64,000 bases of DNA, taken from an uncultured delta proteobacterium. Lineage in GTDB: Bacteria; Desulfobacterota; Binatia; UBA9968. Position numbers and translations under genes: made by a program. The notes under the pieces were generated by a model. That model had not been told where the DNA came from. It was given only the letters and a program-made list of their open reading frames with translations, and did no database searches. Positions 19,950-30,109 of this stretch are shown piece by piece. Position 1 is the stretch's first letter, and each line of letters starts with the position of its first letter. The stretch covers positions 64,001 through 128,000 of the forward strand of contig CAWJBB010000041.1 in NCBI GenBank assembly GCA_963840855.1, given 5' to 3'.

Positions 19950-20351
19950 ATGCCTTTTGAGCTAATCAACCCCGCTGGACTGGAACCTCCAGTCGGCTAT
20001 GCCCATGTTGCCAAACTCACGGGTGGAACGATCGTTCATGTCGCTGGGCAAGCGCCGTTTAACGAGAAAGGTGAAGTCGTGGGTAAAGGCGATTTTGTCG
20101 CGCAGTTCGGGCAGGTGATGAAAAACCTAAACACTGCCGTACAGGCCGTGGGTGGTAAGCCGAACCAGTACGCGGTGTTGACGATATACGTTACCGATGT
20201 ACAGGCTTATCACGAAAATACCAAGCCCCTCGGCAACCTCTACCGGGCGATTTTCGGAAAATATTTTCCGGCCATAACGCTGGTAGAAGTGAAAAGCCTG
20301 TATAACCCCGATTGTATGATTGAAGTGTCTGGGATGGCAGTTATCGGCTAG
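19950..20351 (+). CDS. RidA/YjgF family protein
   Basis: GYAHV, VAGQ, FPAITLVEV, MIEVSG. Confidence 0.9.
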   Translation: MPFELINPAGLEPPVGYAHVAKLTGGTIVHVAGQAPFNEKGEVVGKGDFVAQFGQVMKNLNTAVQAVGGKPNQYAVLTIYVTDVQAYHENTKPLGNLYRAIFGKYFPAITLVEVKSLYNPDCMIEVSGMAVIG

Positions 20352-20464
20352 ATCTCGGCGACCGGAGTCATTGCGACTCGTTTCAGAGGCAAGTCCTGCC
20401 CGTGGCAAAGGATCATACGAGTGCCGCTGAAACAGTAGTAATCCGCGACGGTGCTGTTGGAGGC

Positions 20465-20586
20465 TGCCAAATTATGGTCATGGCTGCCAAAATATGGTCA
20501 TACCTGCCAAACGATATTCATTTAAAGTATCGAAGATCGGCCAAAAATCGATGGTTTCGCACCCGATTGATTGGCACTCTGATTGC
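20465..20586 (+). promoter_or_regulatory. sigma54 promoter with three 20-nt-spaced upstream activator sites
   Basis: TGGCAC-N5-TTGC at 20572-20586; TGCCAAAwnnTGGTCA-like repeats at 20465, 20485, 20505. Confidence 0.75.
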
Positions 20587-20642
20587 GTAATTAAGCCAGT
20601 GACATCGCTGCCGATTCAAGATTTAAGGAGCGAAAAACTCTT

Positions 20643-20849
20643 ATGAGAAACAGCCCAATCAGACACTGGACGAATGATCCTGAACAAGATTTCTTTGAAA
20701 CCGTATCAGAAGAAGAAGTCATCGGTCTTTGGCGATCGATAAAAGGCAAGGGATTATCCGAGGACGACGCCTGGCATGCCATCGTGACTGGCATCGCCTT
20801 GGATATGGCCTTTGCCAAGACCAAAGCTAGCTTCGAAATCGAGCACTGA
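20643..20849 (+). CDS. hypothetical protein (68 aa)
   Basis: AAGGAG RBS; downstream of the sigma54 promoter. Confidence 0.65.
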   Translation: MRNSPIRHWTNDPEQDFFETVSEEEVIGLWRSIKGKGLSEDDAWHAIVTGIALDMAFAKTKASFEIEH

Positions 20850-21117
20850 ACCCATATTTATTGCCTGCTGTGCCCCGGGCAGCGCGTCTAGGTGGTGTCA
20901 TTGCGCGTTGCCTGCTTCCAATAACGCCTTCCCGATCTACCCCGGATTCAGCGTTCGTCCACTTGGCCAGTTTTCCCGAACTGGTTTGGCCAAATAATCT
21001 CTTAGCTCTCCTCTTCGAAATAAATTTTCAGCGCTACCAATAATATCCGGTAATTCTCAGATTGACTGCTTAGGGGAAATCTGCTTGAATGTTGGCACAC
21101 TTCGGAAGGAGATTTTA

Positions 21118-21312
21118 ATGTCTCGCATTACGGTCGAAGATTGCCTGCAAAAAGTTAATAGCCGGTTTGAATTGGTGATGCTTGCGTCCAAGCGCGCGCG
21201 ACAACTGTTCAAGGGAGCCAAGCCGCTTATTGACTCGGATAACCGAGAAGTCGTCGTCGCTTTGCGCGAAATTGCCGCCGGAAAGGTGCGAAAAACCGCC
21301 GGCCAATCCTGA
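21118..21312 (+). CDS. rpoZ: RNA polymerase omega subunit
   Basis: [33 protein letters not shown]. Confidence 0.95.
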   Translation: MSRITVEDCLQKVNSRFELVMLASKRARQLFKGAKPLIDSDNREVVVALREIAAGKVRKTAGQS

Positions 21313-21439
21313 TGGTTGGTTGTCGACGGTTTTTTATTCTCCCTCCTTTAGCCAGCCTGTTCGGAGTTCGACCGCGTTAGTTCCATAGCAGTGACCCTCG
21401 CGCCGGTAATCACCGAATGCTTGCCGGCTGGCGAGGAAT

Positions 21440-22411
21440 TTGGACCGGTTCATGCCTACGGACGAAAAAGATACTTCTATAGAGCGGGAATTTCCCGAAA
21501 TCGAACTTCCCAAGATTCTTGAGGTTGAGGAGCGGGATGAGGGTGCGGGCAAAGCGCTTGTTCCCTTTGACCCGCTCCGGCGCTACCTCGCCGAGATCCG
21601 GCGTTTCTCGGTATTGAGCCGCGAGGAAGAGCACAAGCTCGCAGTCGATTATAAGGAGTACGGCAACCTGGAGGCCGCCTATAAGCTCGTGATGGGAAAT
21701 CTCCGGCTAGTAGTGATGATCGCGCGGGAATATCAAAAGGCCTTTAAAAATCTTCTCGATTTGATCCAGGAAGGCAATATGGGGTTGATGGAAGCGGTTA
21801 AGAACTTTGACCCTTACCGGGGGGTCCGCTTCCCGTCCTACGCGGTTTGGTGGATTCGCGCCTATATCATCCGCTACATCATGAGCGACTGGCGCATGGT
21901 TAAGATTGGCACAACGCAAGCTCAGCGCAAGCTGTTTTTCAATCTGCAAAAGGAAAAGGAAAAGCTCGAAGCGCAAGGAATCACGCCCGGGCCAAAATTA
22001 CTGGCGCAGCGGCTCAACGTCAAGGAAGACGAAGTCATCGAGATGGAGCAACGGCTGGGTAGCCGGGATCTCTCGGTGGATGTTCCGATCGGTGAGGGGG
22101 ATGAGGCGACGCTGCTCAATTTTCTCCCTGACCATAAGCAAAACCCGGAGGAAGAGATCGCCGACACGCAGTACCGCCAAGTGCTGCGCGAAAAGATGGC
22201 TCATTTCGCCAAGAGTCTCAAGGACAAAGAACTGGTTATTTACCGCGAGAGATTGCTCAACGAAGAGCCGCGGACGCTCAGAGAGATCGGCGAGAAATAC
22301 GGTATTAGCCGCGAGCGCGTGCGCCAGATCGAAGAACGGGTGAAGAAGAAACTCAAAGCTTATTTGCGTAAAGAACTAAAAGATTTCGCGGAAGCGACGG
22401 GGTCGGAATAA
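21440..22411 (+). CDS. rpoH: RpoH-family sigma factor
   Basis: DLIQEGNMGL, YAVWWIRA, RpoH box QRKLFFNL, SRERVRQIE. Confidence 0.88.
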   Translation: MDRFMPTDEKDTSIEREFPEIELPKILEVEERDEGAGKALVPFDPLRRYLAEIRRFSVLSREEEHKLAVDYKEYGNLEAAYKLVMGNLRLVVMIAREYQKAFKNLLDLIQEGNMGLMEAVKNFDPYRGVRFPSYAVWWIRAYIIRYIMSDWRMVKIGTTQAQRKLFFNLQKEKEKLEAQGITPGPKLLAQRLNVKEDEVIEMEQRLGSRDLSVDVPIGEGDEATLLNFLPDHKQNPEEEIADTQYRQVLREKMAHFAKSLKDKELVIYRERLLNEEPRTLREIGEKYGISRERVRQIEERVKKKLKAYLRKELKDFAEATGSE

Positions 22412-22553
22412 GCGTTTTTTACATCCGTTGGGGTGTTTGTTTTTTATGATTGGCGGCCCGGCCCCGGAGAGCGACATTTAACCTGCCATTTTCGCTTGCC
22501 ACGCGCACGCGCTTCTGATAGCAAAAATTGCATACTGTGTGGGAGGAATTTTC

Positions 22554-23015
22554 TTGCAATTTCAAAAAGAAATCGAGATCGCGGTGCCTGTGGAAAAAGT
22601 TTGGAACTTCATTTGGGACGTGGACCGTTTCATCGCCTGCGTGCCGGGTTGTCGGGAGGCGAAAACCCTCGAAGCCGGCAAGCGTTACTCCGCCACCATG
22701 ATCGAAAAGGTCGGGCCGTTCAAAGTCGAGTTTCCAACAATCATCGAGGTGCTGGAGCGCGACGAACTTCGTCGTATCAAGGCCCGGGCGTCCGGCGCGG
22801 ACAATAAAATCGGCAGCCGAATGAAGATCGACCTGGACGTAAATTTGCGCGAAGAGGGCGACAAGACGGTGTTAGGATTTATCGCGGGGGTGGATATTTT
22901 GGGAAAATTGGCGGCGCTGGGTCACGGCATTATCAAACGCAAGGCCGATCAGGTTTTGGATGAATTCGCCCAGGCAGTGAAGAAGCGATTGGAAGGAGAT
23001 TCGCAAGATGCTTAG
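22554..23015 (+). CDS. CoxG/SRPBCC family protein
   Basis: VWNFIWD..ACVPG, GKLAALG motifs; adjacent to coxM-like gene. Confidence 0.85.
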   Translation: MQFQKEIEIAVPVEKVWNFIWDVDRFIACVPGCREAKTLEAGKRYSATMIEKVGPFKVEFPTIIEVLERDELRRIKARASGADNKIGSRMKIDLDVNLREEGDKTVLGFIAGVDILGKLAALGHGIIKRKADQVLDEFAQAVKKRLEGDSQDA

Positions 23016-23856
23016 ACGGTTCCGCTTGGAAGAGCCGGAAAGCGTGCAGGAAGCAGCGGATTTACTCAACCGATACGGTGACAGCGCTAAAGTTTACGCC
23101 GGCGGCACGGAACTCCTGCTGGCGATGAAGGAAGGCTTGGTTCACTACGAGCGTCTGATCAACGTTAAACAGCTCAAAGGCTTGAACGAGGTTAGACTCG
23201 ACAATGGGACAGTTTCCGTCGGCGCTCTTTGTACGCACCATCAGCTGGAAACCGCGCCGCTGCTCAAAGAGCATCTTCCCGCGCTGGTTGAGTTGGAGAA
23301 AAACGTCGCCAACGTGAGGGTGCGCCAGGCAGGCACCATCGGCGGCAATCTATGCTTCGCCGAACCTCATGCGGATCCGGGAACTTTGCTCTTGGCTTTG
23401 GGAGCGACGCTGGTGGCGCAGAGATCGTCGTCGCGGCGCGAGATTGCGGCGGCGGATTTTTTCATCGATGCCTACGAAACCTCTTTGGCAGCGGATGAAG
23501 TGCTGAGCGAAATTCGCATACCGGCGCCGGCGGCTAGATCAGGCATCGCCTACCTAAAGTTCGGCTATCTCGAAAGGCCCAGCGTCGGCGTGGCCATCGC
23601 ATTGACTTTGAACGGCGGTATCAGTGACGCGAAGATCGCCGTGGGCTGTGCCGGTCCGGCGCCAAAGCGCGTGGCCGAAGCGGAAGCGATGCTCAAAGGA
23701 AAGAGCATTGAAGAGGCGACCCGTAATTTGGCGAGCGCGGGTCAAGTGGCGGGGCGCGCCGCGCAAGCGATCAGTGATTTGCACGGAGCGCAAGACTACA
23801 AGGAACATATCGTCGGCGTGTTGCTGAAGCGCGCTTTTCAGCGGGCGGTGGGCTAG
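23008..23856 (+). CDS. molybdenum hydroxylase FAD-binding subunit (CoxM/CutM-like)
   Basis: AGGTEL, VRQAGTIGGN, DLHG..YK. Confidence 0.9.
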   Translation: MLRRFRLEEPESVQEAADLLNRYGDSAKVYAGGTELLLAMKEGLVHYERLINVKQLKGLNEVRLDNGTVSVGALCTHHQLETAPLLKEHLPALVELEKNVANVRVRQAGTIGGNLCFAEPHADPGTLLLALGATLVAQRSSSRREIAAADFFIDAYETSLAADEVLSEIRIPAPAARSGIAYLKFGYLERPSVGVAIALTLNGGISDAKIAVGCAGPAPKRVAEAEAMLKGKSIEEATRNLASAGQVAGRAAQAISDLHGAQDYKEHIVGVLLKRAFQRAVG

Positions 23857-23979
23857 CAGGTTTCTGAAAAACCTCCGTTCGCCCTTCGACCAGGCTCAGA
23901 GCCAACGGAGGTTTTACTGATTTCATTAGTAAATCCTGAGCCCGTCGAAGCATGGAGTCCCTTTCTAGCAAGGTACTAG
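23853..23979. mobile_element. MITE/REP-like element bounded by CTAG
   Basis: CTAGCAGGTTTCTGAAAAA ... CTTTCTAGCAAGGTACTAG; internal AAAACCTCCGTT/AACGGAGGTTTT. Confidence 0.6.
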
Positions 23980-24012
23980 GGCTTGGGCATATTACCGATT
24001 GGGGAGAAGTTG

Positions 24013-24525
24013 ATGGCGAAAGCAATGACCAGACCTTCAAAGGCGCAAACGATAGAGGTTTCCTTCACGCTCAACGGCAGGTTGCAGGAAATCGAAGTGG
24101 AACCGCATGAATTGCTCCTCGATGTCATACGCGAAAGATTGGGCCTTACTGGAGTCAAGCTATCCTGCGACGTTCAAGTTTGCGGCGCTTGTACGTTGCT
24201 CGTTGACGGCCGGCCGGTTAGCGCTTGCACAACGCTGGCGTTCGAGGTTCGCGGCCGCTCGGTGCTGACCATCGAAGGTTTGGCTGAAGATGGCAAACTT
24301 CACCCCTTACAAGACGCCTTCATCGAACATGGCGGCTTCCAATGCGGCTTTTGCACGCCGGGGATGATTTTGGCCGCCAAGGCGCTGCTCGACGAAAACC
24401 CGAATCCCACCGAAGATGAATTGAAACATTTCATGCACGGCAATATCTGTCGGTGTACCGGCTATAAGAAAATCATCGAGTCGATCATGGCCGCGGCGAA
24501 AACAATGCGCGCAGGGCGCGCGTAA
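24013..24525 (+). CDS. molybdenum hydroxylase 2Fe-2S subunit (CoxS-like)
   Basis: CDVQVCGAC, QCGFCTPG, CRCTGY. Confidence 0.93.
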   Translation: MAKAMTRPSKAQTIEVSFTLNGRLQEIEVEPHELLLDVIRERLGLTGVKLSCDVQVCGACTLLVDGRPVSACTTLAFEVRGRSVLTIEGLAEDGKLHPLQDAFIEHGGFQCGFCTPGMILAAKALLDENPNPTEDELKHFMHGNICRCTGYKKIIESIMAAAKTMRAGRA

Positions 24526-24526
24526 T

Positions 24527-24610
24527 CGTTCAAGTAGTTCCAATCGTTCAAGCCGTTCAAACCGTTTTCGGAGTTATGAACTGGAACTAACGGCTTGAAC
24601 GACGAACGTT
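24527..24610 (+). repeat. 9-nt periodic GTTCAA/TTGAAC inverted repeat
   Basis: cgttcaa gta gttcca atc gttcaa gcc gttcaa ... ggcttgaac. Confidence 0.8.
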
Positions 24611-26032
24611 TTAATCTTCTATTCCGTATTCTTTCCATCTGCTAGCAACTATATCGAGATGCTCTTTCGGCGGCAGTGAAATTGCCGGATATTGATGCTT
24701 TCTGGTGGCGTCGATTCCAATACGGGAGCCGACATTCCGGCTCGGATCATGTTGAAGCACACCAGCCGGGGCCTGGGACGGATCAAGGCCGACGGCTTGG
24801 ACGTCCGTTTCGATATAGATATCCTTGTCGGGCCGAACATGCCAGCTTAGCGCCCAATCGACGGCGAAGTCATCCCAGACATCGATATCGTCATCGACCA
24901 CCACGGTGATCTTGCCAAAACCAGTTCGTAACGACCAGGCGCCGTACATGAGCTGACGTACTTGCCCAACGAACTGTTTTTTTAGCGAGATGACTAAGAA
25001 GGCGCCACTGCCGCCGGCTTCTTTGAGCCGCAGTTCTTTGATCGGAATATGCAGCGTGTCTTTCAAATGTTTGAAAAGCGGCCACTCACGGCCGATGCCG
25101 CGAATGCAACTGGACTCCGACGGCGGCATCTGGCTGATGAACGCTTGATAGAGCGGCTTGTTGCGATAGGTCATGCACTTGATGTTAAAGAACGGTTCGT
25201 TGCCTGCCGGACCCATATAGCCGGTGTACTCGCCGAAAGGACCTTCGGGTTCGACGGCATTGGGCGGAATCTCGCCTTCGAGAACGATTTCCGCGGTTGC
25301 TGGTACTTCCAACGGGACGGTTTCGCACGGCACCAGATCGACCGGCTCGCCGCGCAGCGCGCCGGCTACGGCGAATTCGTCCAGCGCCTCCGACATCTTC
25401 GATACGGACACGTAGCCGATCGACGGATCGGCGCCGATAACCACGGCCACCGGCGTGGGTTTATTCTGGGCGTTGTTCTTGAGAATATGCAGCGCCATAT
25501 CTTGGCGCCTGCCGATCAAAAGACCGGTCTTGTTCGGGCCTTTGACCTGCATACGATAGGTGCCGACGTTGCGCACGCCGGTTTCGGGGTCTTTGGTGAT
25601 CAGATAGGGCGATGTAAAGAACGGTGCGGGATCTTCACCTACCGTCCATGTCGGGACCGGTAGTTTGGTGATGTCGACATCCTTGCCGTGGAGAATGTTT
25701 TCCTTGCAGGGGGCCTCTCTGACCATCCGGGGCGGGATCGGATTGCCCAATGCATGGTCCCACTTACGGTTGATACCTTCGACCGTTTCCGTTTGCAGGC
25801 CGAGGGCGTATATTTCTCGCGACGCGCCGAGTACGCCGGCGACCACTGGGATCTTGAAACCTTTAACGTTTTCGAACACCACCGCGGGTCGTTTTGACGG
25901 CGGGATTTTCTTGAACAGCTGGCGGCAAACTGCGGCGATTTCCCAATCCTTCTCGACTTCTTTGGTCACCCGCTTGAGTTTTCCGTGCTTCTCCAGGGTA
26001 GCGACGTATTCCCGTAGATCGCGATAAGCCAT
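24611..26032 (-). CDS. UbiD family (prFMN) decarboxylase
   Basis: NVGTYRMQ, EIVLEG, EGPFGEYTGY, VVDDDID, IDAT. Confidence 0.93.
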   Translation of the reverse strand: MAYRDLREYVATLEKHGKLKRVTKEVEKDWEIAAVCRQLFKKIPPSKRPAVVFENVKGFKIPVVAGVLGASREIYALGLQTETVEGINRKWDHALGNPIPPRMVREAPCKENILHGKDVDITKLPVPTWTVGEDPAPFFTSPYLITKDPETGVRNVGTYRMQVKGPNKTGLLIGRRQDMALHILKNNAQNKPTPVAVVIGADPSIGYVSVSKMSEALDEFAVAGALRGEPVDLVPCETVPLEVPATAEIVLEGEIPPNAVEPEGPFGEYTGYMGPAGNEPFFNIKCMTYRNKPLYQAFISQMPPSESSCIRGIGREWPLFKHLKDTLHIPIKELRLKEAGGSGAFLVISLKKQFVGQVRQLMYGAWSLRTGFGKITVVVDDDIDVWDDFAVDWALSWHVRPDKDIYIETDVQAVGLDPSQAPAGVLQHDPSRNVGSRIGIDATRKHQYPAISLPPKEHLDIVASRWKEYGIED

Positions 26033-26320
26033 GAATCCTCCAGAGTTACTGAAACCGAACGAGAAATTTGCCGTATAATAGTCACAAATCGTTTATATAT
26101 CAATAATCGTCGTAGAAAATATCTCGCTAATTGGGGTTCATGGTTCATGCCCGTCCGAACACAAGCACGAGTCGCGTGAGGTGATTGAACGCGTTCTGGC
26201 GGCTGCGCGGGCGAGGTTATGCGTATGCGTAAGCGTGAAAAGGAGTGTTGGGTCGTAGATGCTTAACTCGAGTTTCCAGCACTCAAGTTTTGACTAGGTG
26301 AGGCGTGACTCGTATTCTTC

Positions 26321-26360
26321 AACGGCTTGAACTGTTTGAACGTTTTGAACGGCTTGAACC
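26321..26360 (+). repeat. 9-nt periodic TTGAAC repeat arm
   Basis: ggcttgaac tgtttgaac gttttgaac ggcttgaac. Confidence 0.8.
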
Positions 26361-26446
26361 GTTCCTTGGAGCGGGGCGATTGCACGCGACGTAAGATACA
26401 CGCTTGTGACGCAGCAATTGGCCTATGAGGCTTTTTCGTCTGCCTG

Positions 26447-27373
26447 CTAGGCGCGAATTTCCGCGCGCATGAAGATGATATAGGATATGCCGAAACAGAC
26501 CGCCACGAGGCCAAACAGGGTCGTGATATGAGGCCAGATCAAAGCCATGCTCTGTTCGAGCGCCAACGGCGTCGCCAGGATTCCTTCGGCTTGGCCCGGG
26601 AGAACTCCGCCAAATGTCCGACCGGTGGTAGGGTTAAGGAGAATTTGAACGCTTTCGTTGAAAAGCGTGCTCGGAGAAATTCGCCCCACGAGATTGGCGA
26701 TGTCCATTTGGCGCGAGACGGCTTCCGGGGTCGTCGCGTCAGGGACAGCGACGTTCGCGATGGCTAAAGTCAATACTGGAATGAAGAGGAGCATGAAAAG
26801 CCAAACGGCCATGGAGGCGAGGGCCGCTGTGACGGTTTTTTGAAAAAGCAGCGAAAAAAGCATGGCGAGCGCCAGCCAAAATCCAACGTAAAAAACCCCC
26901 ACCGTGGTGAAGATCAACATGCGCCAAAGCTCTTCAGTGTTAGGCGGAAAGCCTAGCAGTATGATCCCCAAGCCGATAACCAGCAAGAGGATCGAGCTCC
27001 ACAGCACCGAGACAGTAGCGAGGCCGGCGAAAAATTTGCCGTTGATCAAGCTGTCGCGGTAAATCGGCTGCGAGAGCACGCGACTCAGCGTGCCGCGGGC
27101 GTATTCACCGCTGATGGAATCAAAGCCCAGGGTGATGCCCACCAGCGGGCCGAAAAACCCCAGTAGAGTGGCAAGGGAAAAAATGCTTTCACCGCTCGAT
27201 GTGACCAATAGCAAAAAAACAAACTGCGGGGGCACGATCTCTGAGTTCTGGCGTATCGCCTGGCCGGTTGAATAACTCGCCCACAGACCAAATAGCAGAA
27301 CGATTACCAAAAGGATCATGAAACGGCGGCTACTGAAGTGATCCGCTAATTCTTTCCAAAAAACCACGCTCAT
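26447..27373 (-). CDS. ABC-2 type permease
   Basis: GFDSISGEYARGTL..LSQPI, multiple TMs. Confidence 0.9.
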   Translation of the reverse strand: MSVVFWKELADHFSSRRFMILLVIVLLFGLWASYSTGQAIRQNSEIVPPQFVFLLLVTSSGESIFSLATLLGFFGPLVGITLGFDSISGEYARGTLSRVLSQPIYRDSLINGKFFAGLATVSVLWSSILLLVIGLGIILLGFPPNTEELWRMLIFTTVGVFYVGFWLALAMLFSLLFQKTVTAALASMAVWLFMLLFIPVLTLAIANVAVPDATTPEAVSRQMDIANLVGRISPSTLFNESVQILLNPTTGRTFGGVLPGQAEGILATPLALEQSMALIWPHITTLFGLVAVCFGISYIIFMRAEIRA

Positions 27374-27377
27374 TGGC

Positions 27378-28310
27378 TTACGCCTCGCGAAAATATTTGA
27401 GATAGATTTCTTCTAGGGTCGGGTCTTCGGAGCGCAACTGAAGCAGCTTGAGCCCATTACGCCCGACCAGGGAAACGATTTCGCCGCGAACATCCTGCGT
27501 GCAGCGCAAAAACCAGCCGTGGCTTCGCTTTTCGACTTCATCGACTCCCTGAATGGCTTGCAACTCCCGCTGCAGGCCGCCGCCATCCCCGCTGACTTCA
27601 ACGAGGAAATTCCACTGCCGCCCTTTGAGGATCGATTTGCCCAACTGGTCCATTTCCCCCTGGACGATGAGGCGGCCTTTGACGATGATGCCCACGCGAC
27701 TGCAAATTTGTTGGACTTGCTGCAGCTGATGCGACGACAGCATGACCGTCAAGTTGTGCTCACGATTGAGGTCCTTGATCAGTTCAAGAATGCGGATGGC
27801 GCCGTCAGGATCAATGCCCAAAGTCGGTTCGTCCAGGAAAACCGCCTGCGGTTTTTTTACCAGAACTTCAGCGATGCCGAGCCGCTGCTTCATACCGCGG
27901 GAAAATTCGCGGACGAGCCGTCGGCCGTCATCCGGAAGCCCTACCTGATCGAGCACGTCAGCGGTGCGCCGGCGCGCTTCGTTTTCTGGAATGCGGTTCA
28001 AGCGCGCCATGTAAAGGAGATTGTCACGCGCGCTGATGTCATCGTAGAAGCCAGGGCTTTCGGGTAAGTAGCCAACCCGCCGCTTGACCTCAAGCGACTC
28101 ACGGGTGGGGTTGAAGCCGCACACCGAAACATCGCCAGAAGTCGGCTCGGTGAGCCCCAGAAGCATGAGAATCGTCGTCGTCTTGCCCGCGCCGTTGGGT
28201 CCGAGAAAACCGAAGACCTCTCCTTCCTGGACGGTCAGGTTGAGCGCGTTGACCGCGAGAATTTCGTGGTAACGCTTGGTTAAGTCTTTGGTTTCGACGA
28301 CGGCGCTCAT
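27378..28310 (-). CDS. ABC transporter ATP-binding protein
   Basis: GPNGAGKTT, FSRGMKQR, LDEPT. Confidence 0.95.
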   Translation of the reverse strand: MSAVVETKDLTKRYHEILAVNALNLTVQEGEVFGFLGPNGAGKTTTILMLLGLTEPTSGDVSVCGFNPTRESLEVKRRVGYLPESPGFYDDISARDNLLYMARLNRIPENEARRRTADVLDQVGLPDDGRRLVREFSRGMKQRLGIAEVLVKKPQAVFLDEPTLGIDPDGAIRILELIKDLNREHNLTVMLSSHQLQQVQQICSRVGIIVKGRLIVQGEMDQLGKSILKGRQWNFLVEVSGDGGGLQRELQAIQGVDEVEKRSHGWFLRCTQDVRGEIVSLVGRNGLKLLQLRSEDPTLEEIYLKYFREA

Positions 28311-29566
28311 CTGCGTCCTAAGCGGAAGAAGACGATTGCCAGTCCCAGCACCACTACGGCGACGATGGCGAAGCCGATCCAGCCCCAGATCGTCGGCGTG
28401 GAAACCGTGACGCGAAAATCCACCGATTTGTTCGTTTCCGGTGAATTGGCCGTCACGCTCAGCAGATAGTCGCCCGCGATCGTACGGTCGGGGGCGAGAA
28501 TCTCCATTTTGATTTCCCGCACCTCGCCGGGGTTGAGCGCGTCAAGCTTGTCGGGCTTGAAATCAACGGTCCATTTGTCACCGGGCTTCTTGGTAATGAA
28601 AGACAGATTGCGGATCGGCGCTGTGCCGGCGTTGCCGACAACGAAGTCCACCGGGGCTTTTTTGCCGGCGGTCACCGAAGCATTGAGGGTACCAGCCAAA
28701 GAAGCCATCTTGAGGTCCTGCGTGCCCTTGAGGGTGACGTTAACCTTGGTGCTGGCTTCAAAGGCGCCCGAGCGCGCGGTAATGGCGACAGGATGTTCCT
28801 TGGCATCGGCGCGCGACGGTGTGTCGATTTCCACGCTCAAGGTTTCCGAGCCGCTTTCCTTGATTTGAATCGAGGCGATCTGTTGGTCACCGAATTGCGG
28901 CTTGAAGCGGACCGTCCAGCCCGGCGGCGCTTGCGCCGCTAACGACGTTGTCAACGGCTTGTTGGTTTCGTTCTTGAGATCGACGGTAAACTTGAGGGTC
29001 TGGCCGGTACCGGTGGTCAATACCGGATACTGGCTGGTCAGCTTTAGGCCGCCCGTTTCGACTTTCTTCGAGGTAACGCGGAAGTTTATCGTTTCGACGT
29101 ATTGCGTTGGGCCATTGATATCCTTGGCGGTGACTTTGATTTGATAATTTCCGGGCGGGGTCTTTTCCGGAACTTTTGCTTTGAATTCGACCGTCGTGGA
29201 TTTATTAGTGGATTGATCGCCTCCCGCAACCATGACCGAACGAATCGGGTAGCTAGGGTATCGCGAGTTGAGGTTGATGTCCCAACCCTTAGGCACGCCG
29301 TCGAGGGCCAAGCTCACCTCGACTGGAAATCTTCGACGATTGACGACCTCCGTGTCCATGGTGACTTCTTGCCCTTGGCCGACGGTGAGGTCTTTGAAGG
29401 GCAGGATGAGATTGAAGGACTCCTTGGATTCAGGAACGCTTTGCTCGGCTTTTTCGGCTTTTTCCGCGGCTGTTCCTGGCGACGAGACTCCCGCCGCGCA
29501 TAGCAGAGACAACGCGAAGACTAATCCAGACAACCGCGAGCGGAGTTTTGCTGCTCCGAACCTCAT
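28307..29566 (-). CDS. NEW3/Ig-repeat exported protein of the ABC system
   Basis: Signal peptide, three beta-sandwich repeats (P.GW.., GDY), C-terminal TM. Confidence 0.8.
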   Translation of the reverse strand: MRFGAAKLRSRLSGLVFALSLLCAAGVSSPGTAAEKAEKAEQSVPESKESFNLILPFKDLTVGQGQEVTMDTEVVNRRRFPVEVSLALDGVPKGWDINLNSRYPSYPIRSVMVAGGDQSTNKSTTVEFKAKVPEKTPPGNYQIKVTAKDINGPTQYVETINFRVTSKKVETGGLKLTSQYPVLTTGTGQTLKFTVDLKNETNKPLTTSLAAQAPPGWTVRFKPQFGDQQIASIQIKESGSETLSVEIDTPSRADAKEHPVAITARSGAFEASTKVNVTLKGTQDLKMASLAGTLNASVTAGKKAPVDFVVGNAGTAPIRNLSFITKKPGDKWTVDFKPDKLDALNPGEVREIKMEILAPDRTIAGDYLLSVTANSPETNKSVDFRVTVSTPTIWGWIGFAIVAVVVLGLAIVFFRLGRR

Positions 29567-29650
29567 AATAGCAACCCCCTCAGAGAAAAAATTTTACGAG
29601 ATAACTAACCATATTTGGCCCTGGCGTCAAGAGCTAACATTAGTGATCTC

Positions 29651-30103
29651 TCATGTCTTGCCCAACTGCCGCAGGCCCTCGTAGAGAACAATGGCAACCG
29701 CGTTGGATAAATTCAAGCTGCGCACGCCGCTACCCATCATGGGGATGCGTAAGGCGCGCTCCGGATTGAGCGCGATCCACTCCTCCGGTAAGCCCCGGGT
29801 CTCGGGACCGAACACCAGGCAATCATCCTGCGCAAAGCTCACCTGAGTGTATGAGCGCACGGCCTTTTTCGAAAAATAGAGGAGCCGTTTGCCGGTGCGC
29901 TTTTCGAGAAATTGCTGCCACGAACTGTGCACATGAAGATCGACGAACTCCCAATAGTCCAACCCCGCGCGCTTGAGGTGTTTATCGTCGATCTTGAAGC
30001 CCAGCGGTTCGATTAAATGCAGCGGCGTCAGTGTCGCTGCGCACAGCCGGGCGACGCTCCCGGTATTGGGCGGAATTTCGGGCTGGTAGAGGACCACGTG
30101 CAT
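29651..30103 (-). CDS. trmL: tRNA (cytidine34-2'-O)-methyltransferase
   Basis: PEIPPNTG, LKRAGLDYW, FGPETRGL, RSLNLSN. Confidence 0.95.
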   Translation of the reverse strand: MHVVLYQPEIPPNTGSVARLCAATLTPLHLIEPLGFKIDDKHLKRAGLDYWEFVDLHVHSSWQQFLEKRTGKRLLYFSKKAVRSYTQVSFAQDDCLVFGPETRGLPEEWIALNPERALRIPMMGSGVRSLNLSNAVAIVLYEGLRQLGKT

Positions 30104-30109
30104 GTTCGT

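Noticed and set aside
20847-20891. Read-through of TGA giving U-THIYCLLC
   Set aside because: No hairpin at SECIS distance; TGA is an ordinary stop in this genome
26147-26266. ATG frame with TGA-GGT-GAT-TGA (possible UxxU)
   Set aside because: No RBS, no clear SECIS and poor protein character; another frame (ESREVIERVLAAARARL) looks more coding; likely chance
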